Shown one piece after another: positions 1 through 10,083 of a DNA stretch of 64,000 nucleotides; the first letter of the stretch is position 1; each line of letters opens with the position of its first letter. The DNA lies in assembly GCA_963793635.1 (NCBI GenBank), contig CAWCAX010000001.1, positions 212,699 through 276,698 on the forward strand. The letters are read 5' to 3'. Position numbers and translations under genes: made by a program. The notes under the pieces are model-generated. The model was not told the origin of the DNA and did no database searches. It saw only the letters and a list, made by a program, of their open reading frames with translations. Source of the stretch: an uncultured Planctomycetaceae bacterium (GTDB lineage Bacteria; Planctomycetota; Planctomycetia; Pirellulales; PALSA-1355).

Positions 1-82
1 GGCCCACCTGCGGTTAAGCCCAGGGGCGGCGTCCCCTGGGGGCCTACCGGCCGGCACTGTTTACCGCCAGCCGTGCATGCGA

Positions 83-1327
83 CTACGCCCCGAACTTGCC
101 CAGCCGCCCCGCATTGGCCAATGCCAGCGGCATCAGATACTTGGCCTCGAACTGCCCCAAGCCGCCCCGCAGCGACTCGCTTTCGCTAAAGGCCTGGCAA
201 GCGTCGCTGCGGCACGCATGGGCTGAGAGCACTGTGGGCACCGCATGCCAGGAGTGCGACTTGAGCAGGCTGGGCGTACTGTGGTCGCCGGTCACGATCA
301 GCACCGCCGGGTTGAGCTTGGTGATGCGCGGAAGCACCGCGTCCAGCTCTTCGATCTTGCGGACCTTAAAGTCGAACGCACCGTCTTCGCCCGTGCTATC
401 GGTGTACTTGAAGTGGATGAAAAAGAAATCGTACTGGCTCCAGTTCTGTTCGAGCACGTCGATTTGTTCGGCCAGGGTTTGCGCCTTGCCGACGATCTCC
501 ATGCCGACCAGCCGGGCCAGGCCCTTGTACATCGGATAGACCGCGATGGCCGCCGCCTTGAGTCCATAAACCTCGTCATACGTCGGCAGATGAGGCCGGG
601 CCGAAAAGCCGCGCAGCGTCAGGCCATTGGCCTTCTTTTCGCTCGCGAGCAGTTTTTGCCCCTGCGCCACGAACTGGGCAGCAACTTCGGCGGTGCGCTC
701 GCTGCCCGGCTTGCTGGCCCGCGGCGCCAGCGGGGGCACACCCGTGGCCTGCGGGTCGGTATCGTGAACGTCGCCGCCGAGTCCTGAGCCGCGAAACACG
801 ACCACAAAGCGGTGTTCCTTGACCGGCTCGACAAAAACCTCGACGCCCGGAATGCGGACCTCGCGCAGGCGCACCGCCAGGGGAGCGCTTTCCTCGGAAC
901 TGATTCTGCCGGCTCGGCGATCGCTGATATTCCCAGTAGCGTCGAGCGTGCAGTAGTTGCCCCGCGCCGCGACGTCGTTGTGGCCCAGTTCGAAACCGAT
1001 GCCGGTGGCTTCCAGCGCGCCGCGGCCGATGCGATATTCCAAGGGATCGTAGCCGAACAGGCCCAGGTGTCCTGGCCCGCTGCCCGGCGTGATGCCCGGC
1101 TTGACCGGAATGCTGCCGCCGGAGATGCCCCGTTTGGCCAGCGCGTCGAGATGGGGCGTGCGGGCGGTTTCCAGTTCGGTCTTGCCCCCCGGCTCCAGCG
1201 GCAGCCCGCCCAGGCCGTCGGCCACCAGCATCACGATCTTTTCCTCGTTGCGGATCAGAAGTTCGCGGGTCAACTCGTGCATGTCCATTGCGGAATTCCT
1301 TGCGGGGCTGCCAGTGGTTTGGGCCAC
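83..1327 (-). CDS. apgM: 2,3-bisphosphoglycerate-independent phosphoglycerate mutase, ApgM (archaeal) type
   Basis: Uninterrupted 414-aa ORF. Blocks 'KIVMLVADGLGG' (N-terminal) and 'LIVTGDHSTP' (C-terminal) match the cofactor-independent ApgM metalloenzyme family. The internal Met at 1288 may be the true start. Confidence 0.85.
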   Translation of the reverse strand: MAQTTGSPARNSAMDMHELTRELLIRNEEKIVMLVADGLGGLPLEPGGKTELETARTPHLDALAKRGISGGSIPVKPGITPGSGPGHLGLFGYDPLEYRIGRGALEATGIGFELGHNDVAARGNYCTLDATGNISDRRAGRISSEESAPLAVRLREVRIPGVEVFVEPVKEHRFVVVFRGSGLGGDVHDTDPQATGVPPLAPRASKPGSERTAEVAAQFVAQGQKLLASEKKANGLTLRGFSARPHLPTYDEVYGLKAAAIAVYPMYKGLARLVGMEIVGKAQTLAEQIDVLEQNWSQYDFFFIHFKYTDSTGEDGAFDFKVRKIEELDAVLPRITKLNPAVLIVTGDHSTPSLLKSHSWHAVPTVLSAHACRSDACQAFSESESLRGGLGQFEAKYLMPLALANAGRLGKFGA

Positions 1328-1457
1328 ATTATAGGCGGCGCACCGCCGGGCTGTCGAACGGCCAACTCGGCGGCTTGGCAGGGTTCGGCCAAGCCGGGTA
1401 TTCTTCAGCGGGCCCCGGAGCCTTTGGCCATCCTGATCCTCATCGTTTTTTCCTTAA

Positions 1458-2666
1458 ATGGCCGCCGCAATCCAACCGCTGCGTTTCGATTCCTCGGGCA
1501 TCATCGTTTCCGGACCGGACGAGGCGCCGCTGAACCTGGATCCGCTTTACGCTGACTTGGCCGCGGCACGTCAGCGGGTGCTCAAGCGCCCCGAGCACGC
1601 CGAGCCGCAGCGGATCCTGGCCGACTATCGCGCACATCGGCAGCGGAGCGAGTTGGGATGCATCCTGACTGCGGCCCGGCGCATGGCGGAATCGATCGAT
1701 CGCGTCGTGGTGGTCGCCGGCCGTGGGACTCTGCTGGCCATCCGGGCGCTGAAAGATGCCTGCTGCCATCCTTACCACAACGAGTTGAGCCGAGCCGAGC
1801 GTGGCGGGCAGCCGCGGATGTACCTGGCCGGCGACTCGCTCGACAACGACGCGTTGGCTGGCCCGCTCGATCTGCTCACCGAAGGCCAGAGCCAGCCGGG
1901 TCCGCACGCGCGCTGGGGCCTGATTGCAATCTCTCAGCAAGACGACAGCCCGGAAACCCCGGCAGTGCAGGAAGTGTTTGTCGAGGCGCTCCGCCGGTCG
2001 TGCGACAACGATCAGGACGAGTTCGGCCGGCGTCTCATCCGGATCGCGGAAGCGGCGAGTTCGCCCCTTGAAATTTCCGGTTGCCACGAGACGTTCGCGC
2101 TGCCGCCCGGGGCAGGGGGGTCGCAGTTTCGCGCCGCTGCTTTGCTGCCAGCCGCCACGCTGGCAGTGGACGTGCGGCGGTTGTTGGATGGCGCCGCCGC
2201 GATGAGCGCGCACTTCCAGACTGCCGAGCCGGCGGAAAATATCCTGCTCAACTTCGCCGGCACGCTGCACCTGTCGGCAAAATCGCACGCAGCGGGGCGC
2301 CGCCTGCTCGTGCCCTGGACGGCCGGGCTTCAGTCGCTCGTGGCCTGGTACGAGAACTTGCTCGCGCGAAGCGGCCAGGCCCACATGGGCGCCGGTGGTG
2401 CGTCGATCGTCGTCAATCTGATTGTCGAGCAGCCGCGCCGGGATCGGATTGCCATCGGCACGCGGTATCTGGCGAACATTCAAATGGCCGCGATCGAAAC
2501 CGCTCGCCGGGCCCATCGGGCGGCGGGGCGGCCGCTTGCCGATCTTTATGTCCCGCGCCTCGACGAGTCGGCGCTGGGCCAGCTTTTCCAGCTGCTGACG
2601 TTGGCTACCGAGGTCGAGCGCGAACTAATCCGCGGCCCGCGGCAGGCACCTGCGGCATCCATTTGA
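1458..2666 (+). CDS. SIS/phosphoglucose-isomerase-like protein (divergent PGI fold)
   Basis: 402-aa ORF. 'VVVVAGRGTLLAIRAL', 'WGLIAISQQDDSPET' and 'ALPPGAGGSQFRAAALLPAATLAVDV' align by eye to the GIGGS, SKSGxTxET and GGRYS blocks of glucose-6-phosphate isomerase, but the key residues are degenerate. This is a fold-level call only. Confidence 0.5.
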   Translation: MAAAIQPLRFDSSGIIVSGPDEAPLNLDPLYADLAAARQRVLKRPEHAEPQRILADYRAHRQRSELGCILTAARRMAESIDRVVVVAGRGTLLAIRALKDACCHPYHNELSRAERGGQPRMYLAGDSLDNDALAGPLDLLTEGQSQPGPHARWGLIAISQQDDSPETPAVQEVFVEALRRSCDNDQDEFGRRLIRIAEAASSPLEISGCHETFALPPGAGGSQFRAAALLPAATLAVDVRRLLDGAAAMSAHFQTAEPAENILLNFAGTLHLSAKSHAAGRRLLVPWTAGLQSLVAWYENLLARSGQAHMGAGGASIVVNLIVEQPRRDRIAIGTRYLANIQMAAIETARRAHRAAGRPLADLYVPRLDESALGQLFQLLTLATEVERELIRGPRQAPAASI

Positions 2667-2689
2667 CGCTGCGCGGCCGAAGTGGCAAC

Positions 2690-3400
2690 ATGTCTGGGAA
2701 AAGGAAGCTTGCCATGACCGAACTCACCTGGTTGGGCCACGCCACCTGGCATATCGTCACCGGGCGGCACACCATTCTGATCGATCCGTTTCTCGACGAT
2801 TCGCCGACCGCCACGGTCAAAGCCCAGGATGTCGATCCGCAGTTCATCCTGGTCTCTCACGGACACGAAGACCACGTGGCCGACGCGGCCAAGATCGCCC
2901 TTCGCACCGGCGCGACCGTGGTGGCCAATTTTGAAATTTGCAACTGGCTCGCCAGGCAGGGAGTCAAAAATACCGAGCCGATGAACATCGGCGGCGGCAT
3001 CCAACTGCCGCCCGGCCGGGTGCAAATGACGATCGCCCATCACAGCTCGCTGTTGCCCGACGGAACCGGCGGCGGCAACCCGGGCGGATTTCTGCTCACG
3101 CTCGAGGACGGCAAAATCTACGTCGCTTGCGACTCGGGTCTGTTTCTCGACATGCGGCAAATCGGCGCGGCGGGAATCGACCTGGCCATTTTGCCGATCG
3201 GCGATCGCTTTACGATGGGCCCCGACGAGGCACTGGAAGCGGTCAAACTCATCAAACCCCGCCGCGTGGTCCCATCGCACTACAACACCTGGCCCCCCAT
3301 CCGGCAGGACGCCGCGGCCTGGGCCGAGCGCGTGCGGCGCGAGACGTCGAGCGTGCCGGTGGTGGTCGCCCCCGGCGGAAAAGTGCGGCTGGGGGAGTAG
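2690..3400 (+). CDS. UPF0173-type metal-dependent hydrolase (metallo-beta-lactamase fold)
   Basis: ATG at 2690 (or 2714) inside the longer ORF 2081..3400. 'LTWLGHATW', 'ILIDPF' and 'ILVSHGHEDH' are typical of the UPF0173/YtkL family. Confidence 0.8.
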   Translation: MSGKRKLAMTELTWLGHATWHIVTGRHTILIDPFLDDSPTATVKAQDVDPQFILVSHGHEDHVADAAKIALRTGATVVANFEICNWLARQGVKNTEPMNIGGGIQLPPGRVQMTIAHHSSLLPDGTGGGNPGGFLLTLEDGKIYVACDSGLFLDMRQIGAAGIDLAILPIGDRFTMGPDEALEAVKLIKPRRVVPSHYNTWPPIRQDAAAWAERVRRETSSVPVVVAPGGKVRLGE

Positions 3401-3424
3401 GGGATTCGACCCGTGGCGGGGCAC

Positions 3425-3451
3425 CCCACGGGAAGCATCCCGTGGGCTTAA
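3425..3451. repeat. REP-like palindrome, family 'TTAAGCCCACGGG-NNNN-CCCGTGGG' (copy a, inverted orientation); putative terminator hairpin
   Basis: 'cccacgggaagcatcccgtgggcttaa' gives a 9-bp stem and 4-nt loop. It lies 25 nt after the stop at 3400, between convergent genes. Confidence 0.7.
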
Positions 3452-3496
3452 CAGTTTTCGGGCGCGGCAAAGAGCGGAACGGCGGGAATCGCGCCT

Positions 3497-5236
3497 CTAT
3501 GCGATGATTTCCCGCCGGCGGCTGACGTAGTCCCACACCACGTAGCGGTCCAGGTCGCGGCCGCCGGTGAAAAACACCCGGCCCTTGGTCGACTCGGCCA
3601 GCCGATAGGCGAACTGCACGTCCTCGCGCGTTTGCGACCAACTGGGCAGCAGAAAGATGTTGATCGTGATTCCTTCGCGCTGGCAGAGCTGACCCTCGCG
3701 CATCGTGGCCTGCTCGGTCCGCACGTCCGGCGGATAGAGCAGATAAAGCGTGCTGCCTTCGAAGTGGGCCGTCGGCAAGCCGTCGGTAATCAGGATGATT
3801 TGCCGGTTGGGCGTGTCCTGCGCCGAAAGGAACTTGCGGCCCAGTTGCAGTGCGTGCTGGATATTGGTGAAGTGCGGCGGAAAGTGGTATTCGCTGACTT
3901 CTTCGCGGCTCATGTCGGCCGAAAGACGCACGATGGGATCGTAAATCGTGACCGGCTTGGGCATCAGCGAGGCGATCTCCCCCACCGGCCGCGGCTTGGC
4001 AAAGGTGAACATCTCGATGAATTGCAGATAATCGCCCGGATACTCGCGGCGGATCAGGCCGTCCAGGGCCAGCGCCATCCGCTTGACGTGGATGTATTGG
4101 CCGTCGTAGCGCATCGAGCCCGACATGTCCCCCAGCACCACCGTGGCGCATTTGGGCGAATTGCGAGTGCGGTGGATTTCGATATCCTCCGGCTTGAGCC
4201 GGATGGGCAGGCCCGGCCCGCCACGGATCAGCGCGTTGGTAAACGAGCCGGGAATGTCCATGTTCGCCACCGAGTCGCCGAACTCGTACTGCTTGGTGTG
4301 TTGCAGCTCGACCGCTCCTTCGCCCACCACCGGCCCCTGGTGGCGGCCCGTGCGCGCCGCTTCCAGGTTGGCGAAGATCCGCTCCAGCAGCCGCCCCTGA
4401 AACAAGCGATACGCCTTGGGCGTGAGCTGGTAGCCCTTGGGCCCGCGCTCCAAGCCTTGCTGCTCGGCCATCTGGCGCAGCAGTTCTTCGACTTGTTTTT
4501 GCAACTGCCCGAGTTTTTCGACCGCGCCGGGCTCGGTGAACTCCGAAAGTTCTTCCAGGTCGATGATGCCGATTTGCGCGGTTTTTGCGCCTCTTCCAGT
4601 TGCTTGAGCAGCTTGTCGATCGTCTCCAGTTCCTCCTTGACCTCGAGCGCCTGCGGCACCGTGAGCGGCGTGCGGCCGGTAAACTCGTACTTCGAGGCCA
4701 GCTCGTCGACCTGGTACTTGTCTCCCAGTCGGGCCACCAGTTGCACGAGTTCTCGGGCGAACTTCGATCGATCGTCCCCGGCCTGATACCACAGCCGCTC
4801 CAGCTCGCGCAATTGCTCGTCGCGCACCGCGCGGTCGTAGCGGCCGGCCAGTTTCGTGGGCGGCTTGACCTGGGCCGCCATGTCGAAAAACTCGCGCGCC
4901 GCCGTCTGGCGCACCTTTTGGGTTTCGTATTTCTCCAGGATCTTTCGCTTGCGTTCCAGCAGCATTGCCCGCAGCATGTCCAGGCTCGGGCCCAGGCCGG
5001 CGATCTGGCTGGCATCGAGCTTGACGGCCCGGGCGAGCTCCTCGTCGGTCAGTTCGCGCATGCTGCCGAACATCAGCATGTGTTCCATCGCCGGCGAAAC
5101 CAGGTCGGCCGGTTCGGAGGTGGGGCTGGGAAAGTTCTGCGGATCGAACTTCTGATAGGTATGAATGATGCCGCCGAGATCTTGCGCGATGTCATCGGTG
5201 TCGTTCTCGAATTGCCGTCGAAGTAACAGACTTCAT
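3497..5236 (-). CDS. VWA domain-containing protein (CoxE/YeaD-like), reading frame broken by indels
   Basis: The C-terminal ORF 3497..4792 carries the VWA MIDAS block 'VVLGDMSGSM' and 'ILITDGLPTA'. The N-terminal part lies in ORF 4228..5088, and the two join if the T5 run at 4582-4586 is T6. A further shift near 5205 links to the ATG at 5236. Confidence 0.7.
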
Positions 5237-5243
5237 TCTACCG

Positions 5244-5271
5244 TTAAGCCCACGGGGATGCTTCCCGTGGG
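5244..5271. repeat. REP-like palindrome (copy b)
   Basis: 'ttaagcccacggggatgcttcccgtggg', 33 nt downstream of the stop of the minus-strand gene ending at 5304. Confidence 0.7.
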
Positions 5272-5303
5272 TCCGCCCGTCGGCTCCCACGCCGCTGAGC
5301 GCC

Positions 5304-7001
5304 TTACAGCGTGCGTCCAAAGCAGGCCAGGCACATGTCGTCGCTTTGCGGGCGGCCGCCCACGAAACGCCGGACGTCGTCCAGCAGGTGCCGGCCGAGC
5401 AGCGATACGCTGGACGCTTCGCTGCCGACTTGCCGCCACAGCCGGTCCATTCCGTATAAGTCGCCTTCGGCGTTCATGGCTTCGCTGAGGCCGTCGGTGA
5501 ACATCGTCACCGAATCGCCGACCGCCAGCTTGCGCGTGGTTTGCATATAGGCCGTGTCGTTGTCGATGCCCAGCGGCACGCCGGCGTCTTCATCCCCGAT
5601 CAATTCGACTCGCCCGTCGCTGTGCCGCAACAGCGGCGGCATGTGGCCGGCGTTGACGAGCGTGACTTCGTGCTTGATCGGATCGACGACGGCCAGCACG
5701 AAGGTCACGAACCGGTCGTCCCAGCCACTGCGGCAGAAGGCGGCGTTGATGCGATCCATCGCCGCGGCCGGCGTGGCTTCGCTGGCCAGGCAATAACGAA
5801 CTTCGCCCGAGAGCTTGGCCATCAGCAGGGCTGCCGAGACGCCCTTGCCCGACACGTCCCCCAGCACCACGGCCAGGCGGCTGTCCGGCAGTTCGACGTA
5901 ATCGTAATAGTCGCCGCCCACCTGGTTGGCCGGCTCGTAGAAGTCGAAGAAGTGATAGTTGGCCACTACCGGCGGATGGGCCGGCAGCAGCCCGCGCTGC
6001 ACTTTGTGCGCCAGCTCCAGGTCGCGATCGAGCGATTGCCGTTTGAGGGCCGACTCGTGCATCTGCGCATTGTCGACCGCCGTGGCCGCCTGCGAAGCAA
6101 TGCTGACCAGTACGTCCAGATCGTCTTTTTGAAATCGATGCCGCTGGTCGAGCGTATCGATCTGGATCACGCCCAGGGCGTTCCCCTCGTTGTCGATCAG
6201 CGGCGCGCACATCACCGAACGAATCCGCAGGTCGGCGATGCTCTGGCTCGATTCGAAGCGCATGTCGGTGGCGGCGTCGGCCGAGAGAATCGCCTCCTTG
6301 CTGTCCATCGCCTGACGGATGATCGTGCGGCTGATCCGCACCCGGTCCTCCATGTCGGCCCGGCGATACTTGATCGCCTTGGGCACCAGCGGACCGTCGG
6401 CCGCGCCGCGGAGGATGACGAACCCGCGATCGGCCTGGACGAAAATCTTGAAAATGCTGTCCAGCAGCTTGGGCAACACCGCATCCAGCGTGACCACCTT
6501 GCCCAGGTTATGAGCAATCTCGATCATGGCCCGCAGCTTGGCCTCCGGATTGGCGATCGTTTGCGGGCCGACCCGTCGAAACGACGCATCGAGCTTGGTC
6601 ATGATCGTCGAGTTGCCCTGAGCCGCTTCGTCGTCGACCAGCTCGGCCTCGCCTCCGGCAATGGTCCCTTGCAGCAAGCCGGGTTGGGGCAGGATCTCGG
6701 TGGGCAGTTGGGTGTAGAAGGTGAACGACAGATCGCAGATCTTCAGCCGATCGCCGTTTTGCAACAGTTGCCGGCCCTCGATCAGCCGGCCGTTGACAAA
6801 AGTGCCGTTACGGCTGTGCAGATCCTCGACGAAATAATTGTCCCCCTCGGCCAGGATCTGCGCGTGCTGCCGGCTCACCGCGGCCGCTTCGAGCACGATG
6901 TCGCACTCGGGATGCCGCCCGAGCACGACCCGGGGACCTTCGACGGCGATGTTTTCGTCTTCGCCGGACTCTCCCGTCGGGAATGCTTGCAGGAAGGGCA
7001 T
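5304..7001 (-). CDS. FHA - GAF - PP2C/SpoIIE-type serine phosphatase
   Basis: Three domains are readable:
- FHA: 'VVLGRHPECDIVLEAAAVSRQHAQI...NGTFVNG'
- Central GAF: 'ADRGFVILRG...'
- C-terminal SpoIIE: 'GGDYYDYVEL...AVVLGDVSGKGVSAALLMA'

The likely start is 'MPFLQAF' at 7001; the longest ORF extends to 7070. Confidence 0.8.
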   Translation of the reverse strand: MPFLQAFPTGESGEDENIAVEGPRVVLGRHPECDIVLEAAAVSRQHAQILAEGDNYFVEDLHSRNGTFVNGRLIEGRQLLQNGDRLKICDLSFTFYTQLPTEILPQPGLLQGTIAGGEAELVDDEAAQGNSTIMTKLDASFRRVGPQTIANPEAKLRAMIEIAHNLGKVVTLDAVLPKLLDSIFKIFVQADRGFVILRGAADGPLVPKAIKYRRADMEDRVRISRTIIRQAMDSKEAILSADAATDMRFESSQSIADLRIRSVMCAPLIDNEGNALGVIQIDTLDQRHRFQKDDLDVLVSIASQAATAVDNAQMHESALKRQSLDRDLELAHKVQRGLLPAHPPVVANYHFFDFYEPANQVGGDYYDYVELPDSRLAVVLGDVSGKGVSAALLMAKLSGEVRYCLASEATPAAAMDRINAAFCRSGWDDRFVTFVLAVVDPIKHEVTLVNAGHMPPLLRHSDGRVELIGDEDAGVPLGIDNDTAYMQTTRKLAVGDSVTMFTDGLSEAMNAEGDLYGMDRLWRQVGSEASSVSLLGRHLLDDVRRFVGGRPQSDDMCLACFGRTL

Positions 7002-7325
7002 GGGCGATCCGTGATCTCGAAGTACGGCGTGATAGCTGGCGAACGCGTTGATTTTAGGGCCGCGCGTCAAAAGGCGTCAATGCGCCGCCGCCCCGGCGCC
7101 GGAGGTTTGCAACGTCGGCCGGATCGCCTTCCCACCCGCGGCGCCGCGCGGTTTTTCTCCAACCCATCTGGACACTCGCCGGCGTTTTTGCGACACTTCG
7201 CCCCGCTTTTCTGGGAAGTGAAATCAAGAACGCCGCTCACAGTCCCCCGGTCCGTGGCGGTTTCATTTGGTCGTTTCAGCCCGCGGGCCTTCCTGCGCCA
7301 GGGCTTGCGCCTTTGAGGAATCTTT

Positions 7326-7757
7326 ATGCGGAACGTCACACGCGTCGCGCTTTTGACCCTTGCCGTTTACGGTTCGTCGATGGCCGCTGCGCCCTGGGCG
7401 GCCGGCTGGACCGTGTCGAACCCGTTTTCGTCCGGCAGCTCGTCGAGCACGAAAAATAAACAGGGGAAGAAAGTCGGCTCCGCCAGGCGGACCGCCAGCA
7501 AGCCGGGCGTTGTCGAGACACTGAGCAGCGCTCCCAAGAAGCTCTACACCAACACCAAGGCCATGGTCACGCCCAACAAGCCGACGAAGAAACCGGCCTC
7601 AAACTCCCGCCCGCGCACCGACACCTGGAAGACATCCTCGGCCGCGCAACAAGCCAGCCAGAAGCCGAGCGGCATCAAGGGCCTGTTTGCTCCCGAACCG
7701 GCGCCCCTGCCGCGCACCGTCGGCGAATGGATGAAGCAGAAGCGCATCGACCCCTAA
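7326..7757 (+). CDS. secreted low-complexity hypothetical protein
   Basis: 143-aa ORF with a signal-peptide-like N-terminus 'VALLTLAVYGSSMAAAPWA' and a Ser/Lys/Pro-rich body. No recognisable domain. Confidence 0.45.
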   Translation: MRNVTRVALLTLAVYGSSMAAAPWAAGWTVSNPFSSGSSSSTKNKQGKKVGSARRTASKPGVVETLSSAPKKLYTNTKAMVTPNKPTKKPASNSRPRTDTWKTSSAAQQASQKPSGIKGLFAPEPAPLPRTVGEWMKQKRIDP

Positions 7758-7921
7758 TCGGGCAGCACGCCGCTACAGAGCGCAATGCGCATTACCTTGC
7801 GGGTAGCGCAGTTCGCGTAATCTACGCGGTTTGCATGCACGGCCCCCCGAGGAGCGGCCGCTTCGGGGCGCCTTTCAGCGCTCCGCCTCACGGGGCGCCG
7901 CTGCGCAAGCGCCGACCCGTA

Positions 7922-7948
7922 TTAAGCCCACGGGATGTTTCCCGTGGG
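7922..7948. repeat. REP-like palindrome (copy c)
   Basis: 'ttaagcccacgggatgtttcccgtggg' in the non-coding spacer 7758-8227. Confidence 0.7.
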
Positions 7949-8116
7949 GGCGCTCGCCCGCGACGCCGCCCTCGCTCCCAGTCGCGGCTTCGCCCGACGC
8001 CGCGGCCTCTGCTGGCCGGCGCACTTCGCCGCTGCGGCCCACAATTCTTTCCTCCGCCGCGGCGGCGGCGCATGGCGGCGGTCCGGCCGGGCGATACAAT
8101 GGCGGAAAAGCGGCTA

Positions 8117-8208
8117 AAGGATGAAGGATGAATCGAGCCAGCAAGTTCCATCCGTTTCTTCGTTCTTCGTTCTTCGTTTTTCATCCTTCATCCTTCCGCC
8201 TTCATCCT
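8117..8208. repeat. 'GGATGAAGGATGAA / ACGAAGAACGA' repeat module, two copies in inverted orientation (hairpin-forming)
   Basis: 'aaggatgaaggatgaa' at 8117-8132 faces 'ttcttcgttcttcgtttttcatccttcatccttccgccttcatcc' at about 8155-8208, immediately upstream of the CDS at 8228. Confidence 0.7.
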
Positions 8209-8227
8209 TAACCTCCGAGGTCCTCCC

Positions 8228-9686
8228 ATGACCCTTCGCTCGCGCAACCATCGGCCTAACCGCTCGACGATCGTGCTCCGCTCGCGCTTGCGCGATCTGA
8301 CCTCGCGCGTCCGCACCAACCCGGCCCTGCAACGGGTGGGCAAGTGGTTCGACAGCCTGCAAGCCGACCTGCGCGACGCCGCCAGCCAGAAAATCCACGA
8401 GGCGGGCACGCTCGCCTCGCGGGTCGCCCGGCAACTGCTGGCCACCGGCAGTAGCGGCCCGCGGCCGATCGTCAACGCCACCGGCATTTTGAATCTGGCC
8501 GCCGCCGAACTGCCGCTGGCCGACGAGGCGCTCGACGCCTTGGAAACGGTCGCCCGGCAGTATCGCTCGTGTGCCACGCGCTCCTCCGCGGCGGCCGGCG
8601 AGGCCACGCTGCGATCGGTGGAATCGCTGGTCTTGGAATTGACCGGCGCGGAAGCGGCGCTGGTCTTCTCGAACCCCGGCGCCGCCCTGGTGGCGGTGCT
8701 GGCGGCGCTGGCCAAAGGGCACGAGGTGCTGGTCAGCCGCTCGCACGTCGAACGTCTGGTGGGCGATTTTTCGCTGCCCGCCGCCGCCGAGTTGGCCCAG
8801 GCCCAGCTGCGCGAGGTCGGCACCACGCATCGCACCACGGCCGACGATTACCGCCGCGGCATCTCGCCCCAAACGGCCGTCATCCTGCACAGCCGGCCGG
8901 CCGAGTTTCAAATCACCGGCGCCGTGGCCCTGGCCGGCCTGGACGAACTGGTGGCCCTGGCCACGCAACGCCAGATTCCGCTGGTCGCCAGTTTGCCGCT
9001 GGCCACTTTGATTCCGCTCCACTGTGCGGGCTGCGGGCAATTGCCCATCGTGGGCGAGTCGATCGTGGCGGGCGCCGACCTGGTGATCTTTCGCGGCGAC
9101 ATCTGCATCGGCGGGCCGGTCTCGGCGATCGTGGCCGGCCGGCGGGATCTGATCGAACAAATCGCCGCCGCGCCGCTCTCCACCGTTCTGGCCGCCGACT
9201 CGCTCACGCTGGCCGCGCTGGCCGCCACGCTGCGGCTCTATACCAAGCCCGAGACGGCCCTGAGATCGGTTCCGCTGGCGCAACTGCTGGCCGCATCGAG
9301 CGACAACCTGAAACATCGGGCCGAGCGCTTGGCGCCGCAGATCCGGCACTCGTCGCTGGTCAGCCGGGTGGAAGTGCTGCCGGGCACGGCCTGGCTGAGC
9401 GAGGCCCGCTTGCCGGACGAGCGGCTTTCGTCCTGGTGTCTGCGCGATCGAGCCGCGCGGCACGAGCGCTCAGCGACTGGCCGGCGACCTGGCCGATCGG
9501 CAGCCGTTTGTCTGGGCCCAGGCCGAAGACAATTATTTGTGGATCAACTTGCGCAGCGTGCTCCCGCGTCAGGACGAGCAACTGGTGACGGCCTTTCACG
9601 GCCTGGGCACGCGCTCGGCCGACGGCAGCGACGCCATAGCGCCGCTGGGCCCCTCGACCACCGACGTGCTCTCCAGCGCAGAGTGA
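8228..9686 (+). CDS. SelA-like (L-seryl-tRNA(Sec) selenium transferase family) protein lacking the PLP lysine; one frameshift near 9445
   Basis: 'IVNATGIL', 'GADLVIFRGDICIGGPVSAIVAGRRDLI' and 'LTLAALAATLRLY' align to SelA blocks. After about 9445 the conserved C-terminus 'IEPRGTSAQRLAGDLADRQPFVWAQAEDNYLWINLRSVLPRQDEQL' continues in the +1 frame to TGA 9684-9686. Confidence 0.7.
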
Positions 9687-9780
9687 GGGGGAGGGCGGCA
9701 AGCTGGGAACGCGGAACTTGCTTGTCCTGAGCGCAGTCGAAGGGGAACTCGGAACGACGAGGAGGAGCGGCTGGGAGCTC

Positions 9781-9900
9781 GGGATTTGGCAATAGCCGGC
9801 GATCAACGATCGCCGGTGCCAATCCATCACGGCAGGCTCGGAACTTCGTTTCTCGTTCCTCGTTTTTCATCCTTCATCCTTTATCCTTCCGCCTTTCCCT
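9781..9900. repeat. composite repeat (about 60-nt 'CCGGCGATCAACG...' module plus 'CGTTCCTCGTTTTTCATCCTTCATCC' module), inverted relative to the 12.4-12.7 kb copies
   Basis: The reverse complement aligns to units at 12449-12554 and 12561-12679. It contains the perfect hairpin 'ccggcgatc aac gatcgccgg'. Confidence 0.7.
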
Positions 9901-9946
9901 CTTGGCCTCTGCCGGCCGTGCGGCTACGATTTACTGGTTCATCTTT

Positions 9947-10019
9947 GCCCCCATCGTCTAGTGGCCCAGGACGTCGGGTTCTCAGTCCGAAAACCGGGGT
10001 TCGACTCCCCGTGGGGGTA
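9947..10019 (+). tRNA. tRNA-Glu (anticodon CUC)
   Basis: A manual cloverleaf fold works:
- Acceptor GCCCCCA/TGGGGGT
- D-arm 'GTCTAGTGGCCCAGGAC'
- Anticodon stem TCGGG/TCCGA with loop TTCTCAG
- T-arm 'CGGGGTTCGACTCCCCG'. Confidence 0.9.
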
Positions 10020-10083
10020 CTCTTGTCAGCGGCTTACCCAAGCGCGGTAGGCCGTCTGTGCTTGCGGGCAAGGATCGTAAGGC

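Noticed and set aside
7831-8184. ORFs in the 7758-8227 spacer (7831..8124, 7875..8144, 7888..8184)
   Set aside because: They are composed of Arg/Ala/Gly/Pro runs and span a REP copy ('KPTGCFPWG') and the GGATGAAGG hairpin. There is no coding signal.
8114-9463. 449-aa minus-strand ORF opposite the SelA-like gene. Similar long antisense or alternative-frame ORFs are 1440..2516(-), 3252..5015(-), 5541..7316(+), 17605..18807(+), 54413..55996(+), 60402..61724(-) and 62073..63059(-).
   Set aside because: These are shadow ORFs typical of GC-rich DNA. Their composition is Arg/Gly/Pro/Ala-dominated, they carry no domain motifs, and each overlaps a strand or frame that has clear family signatures.
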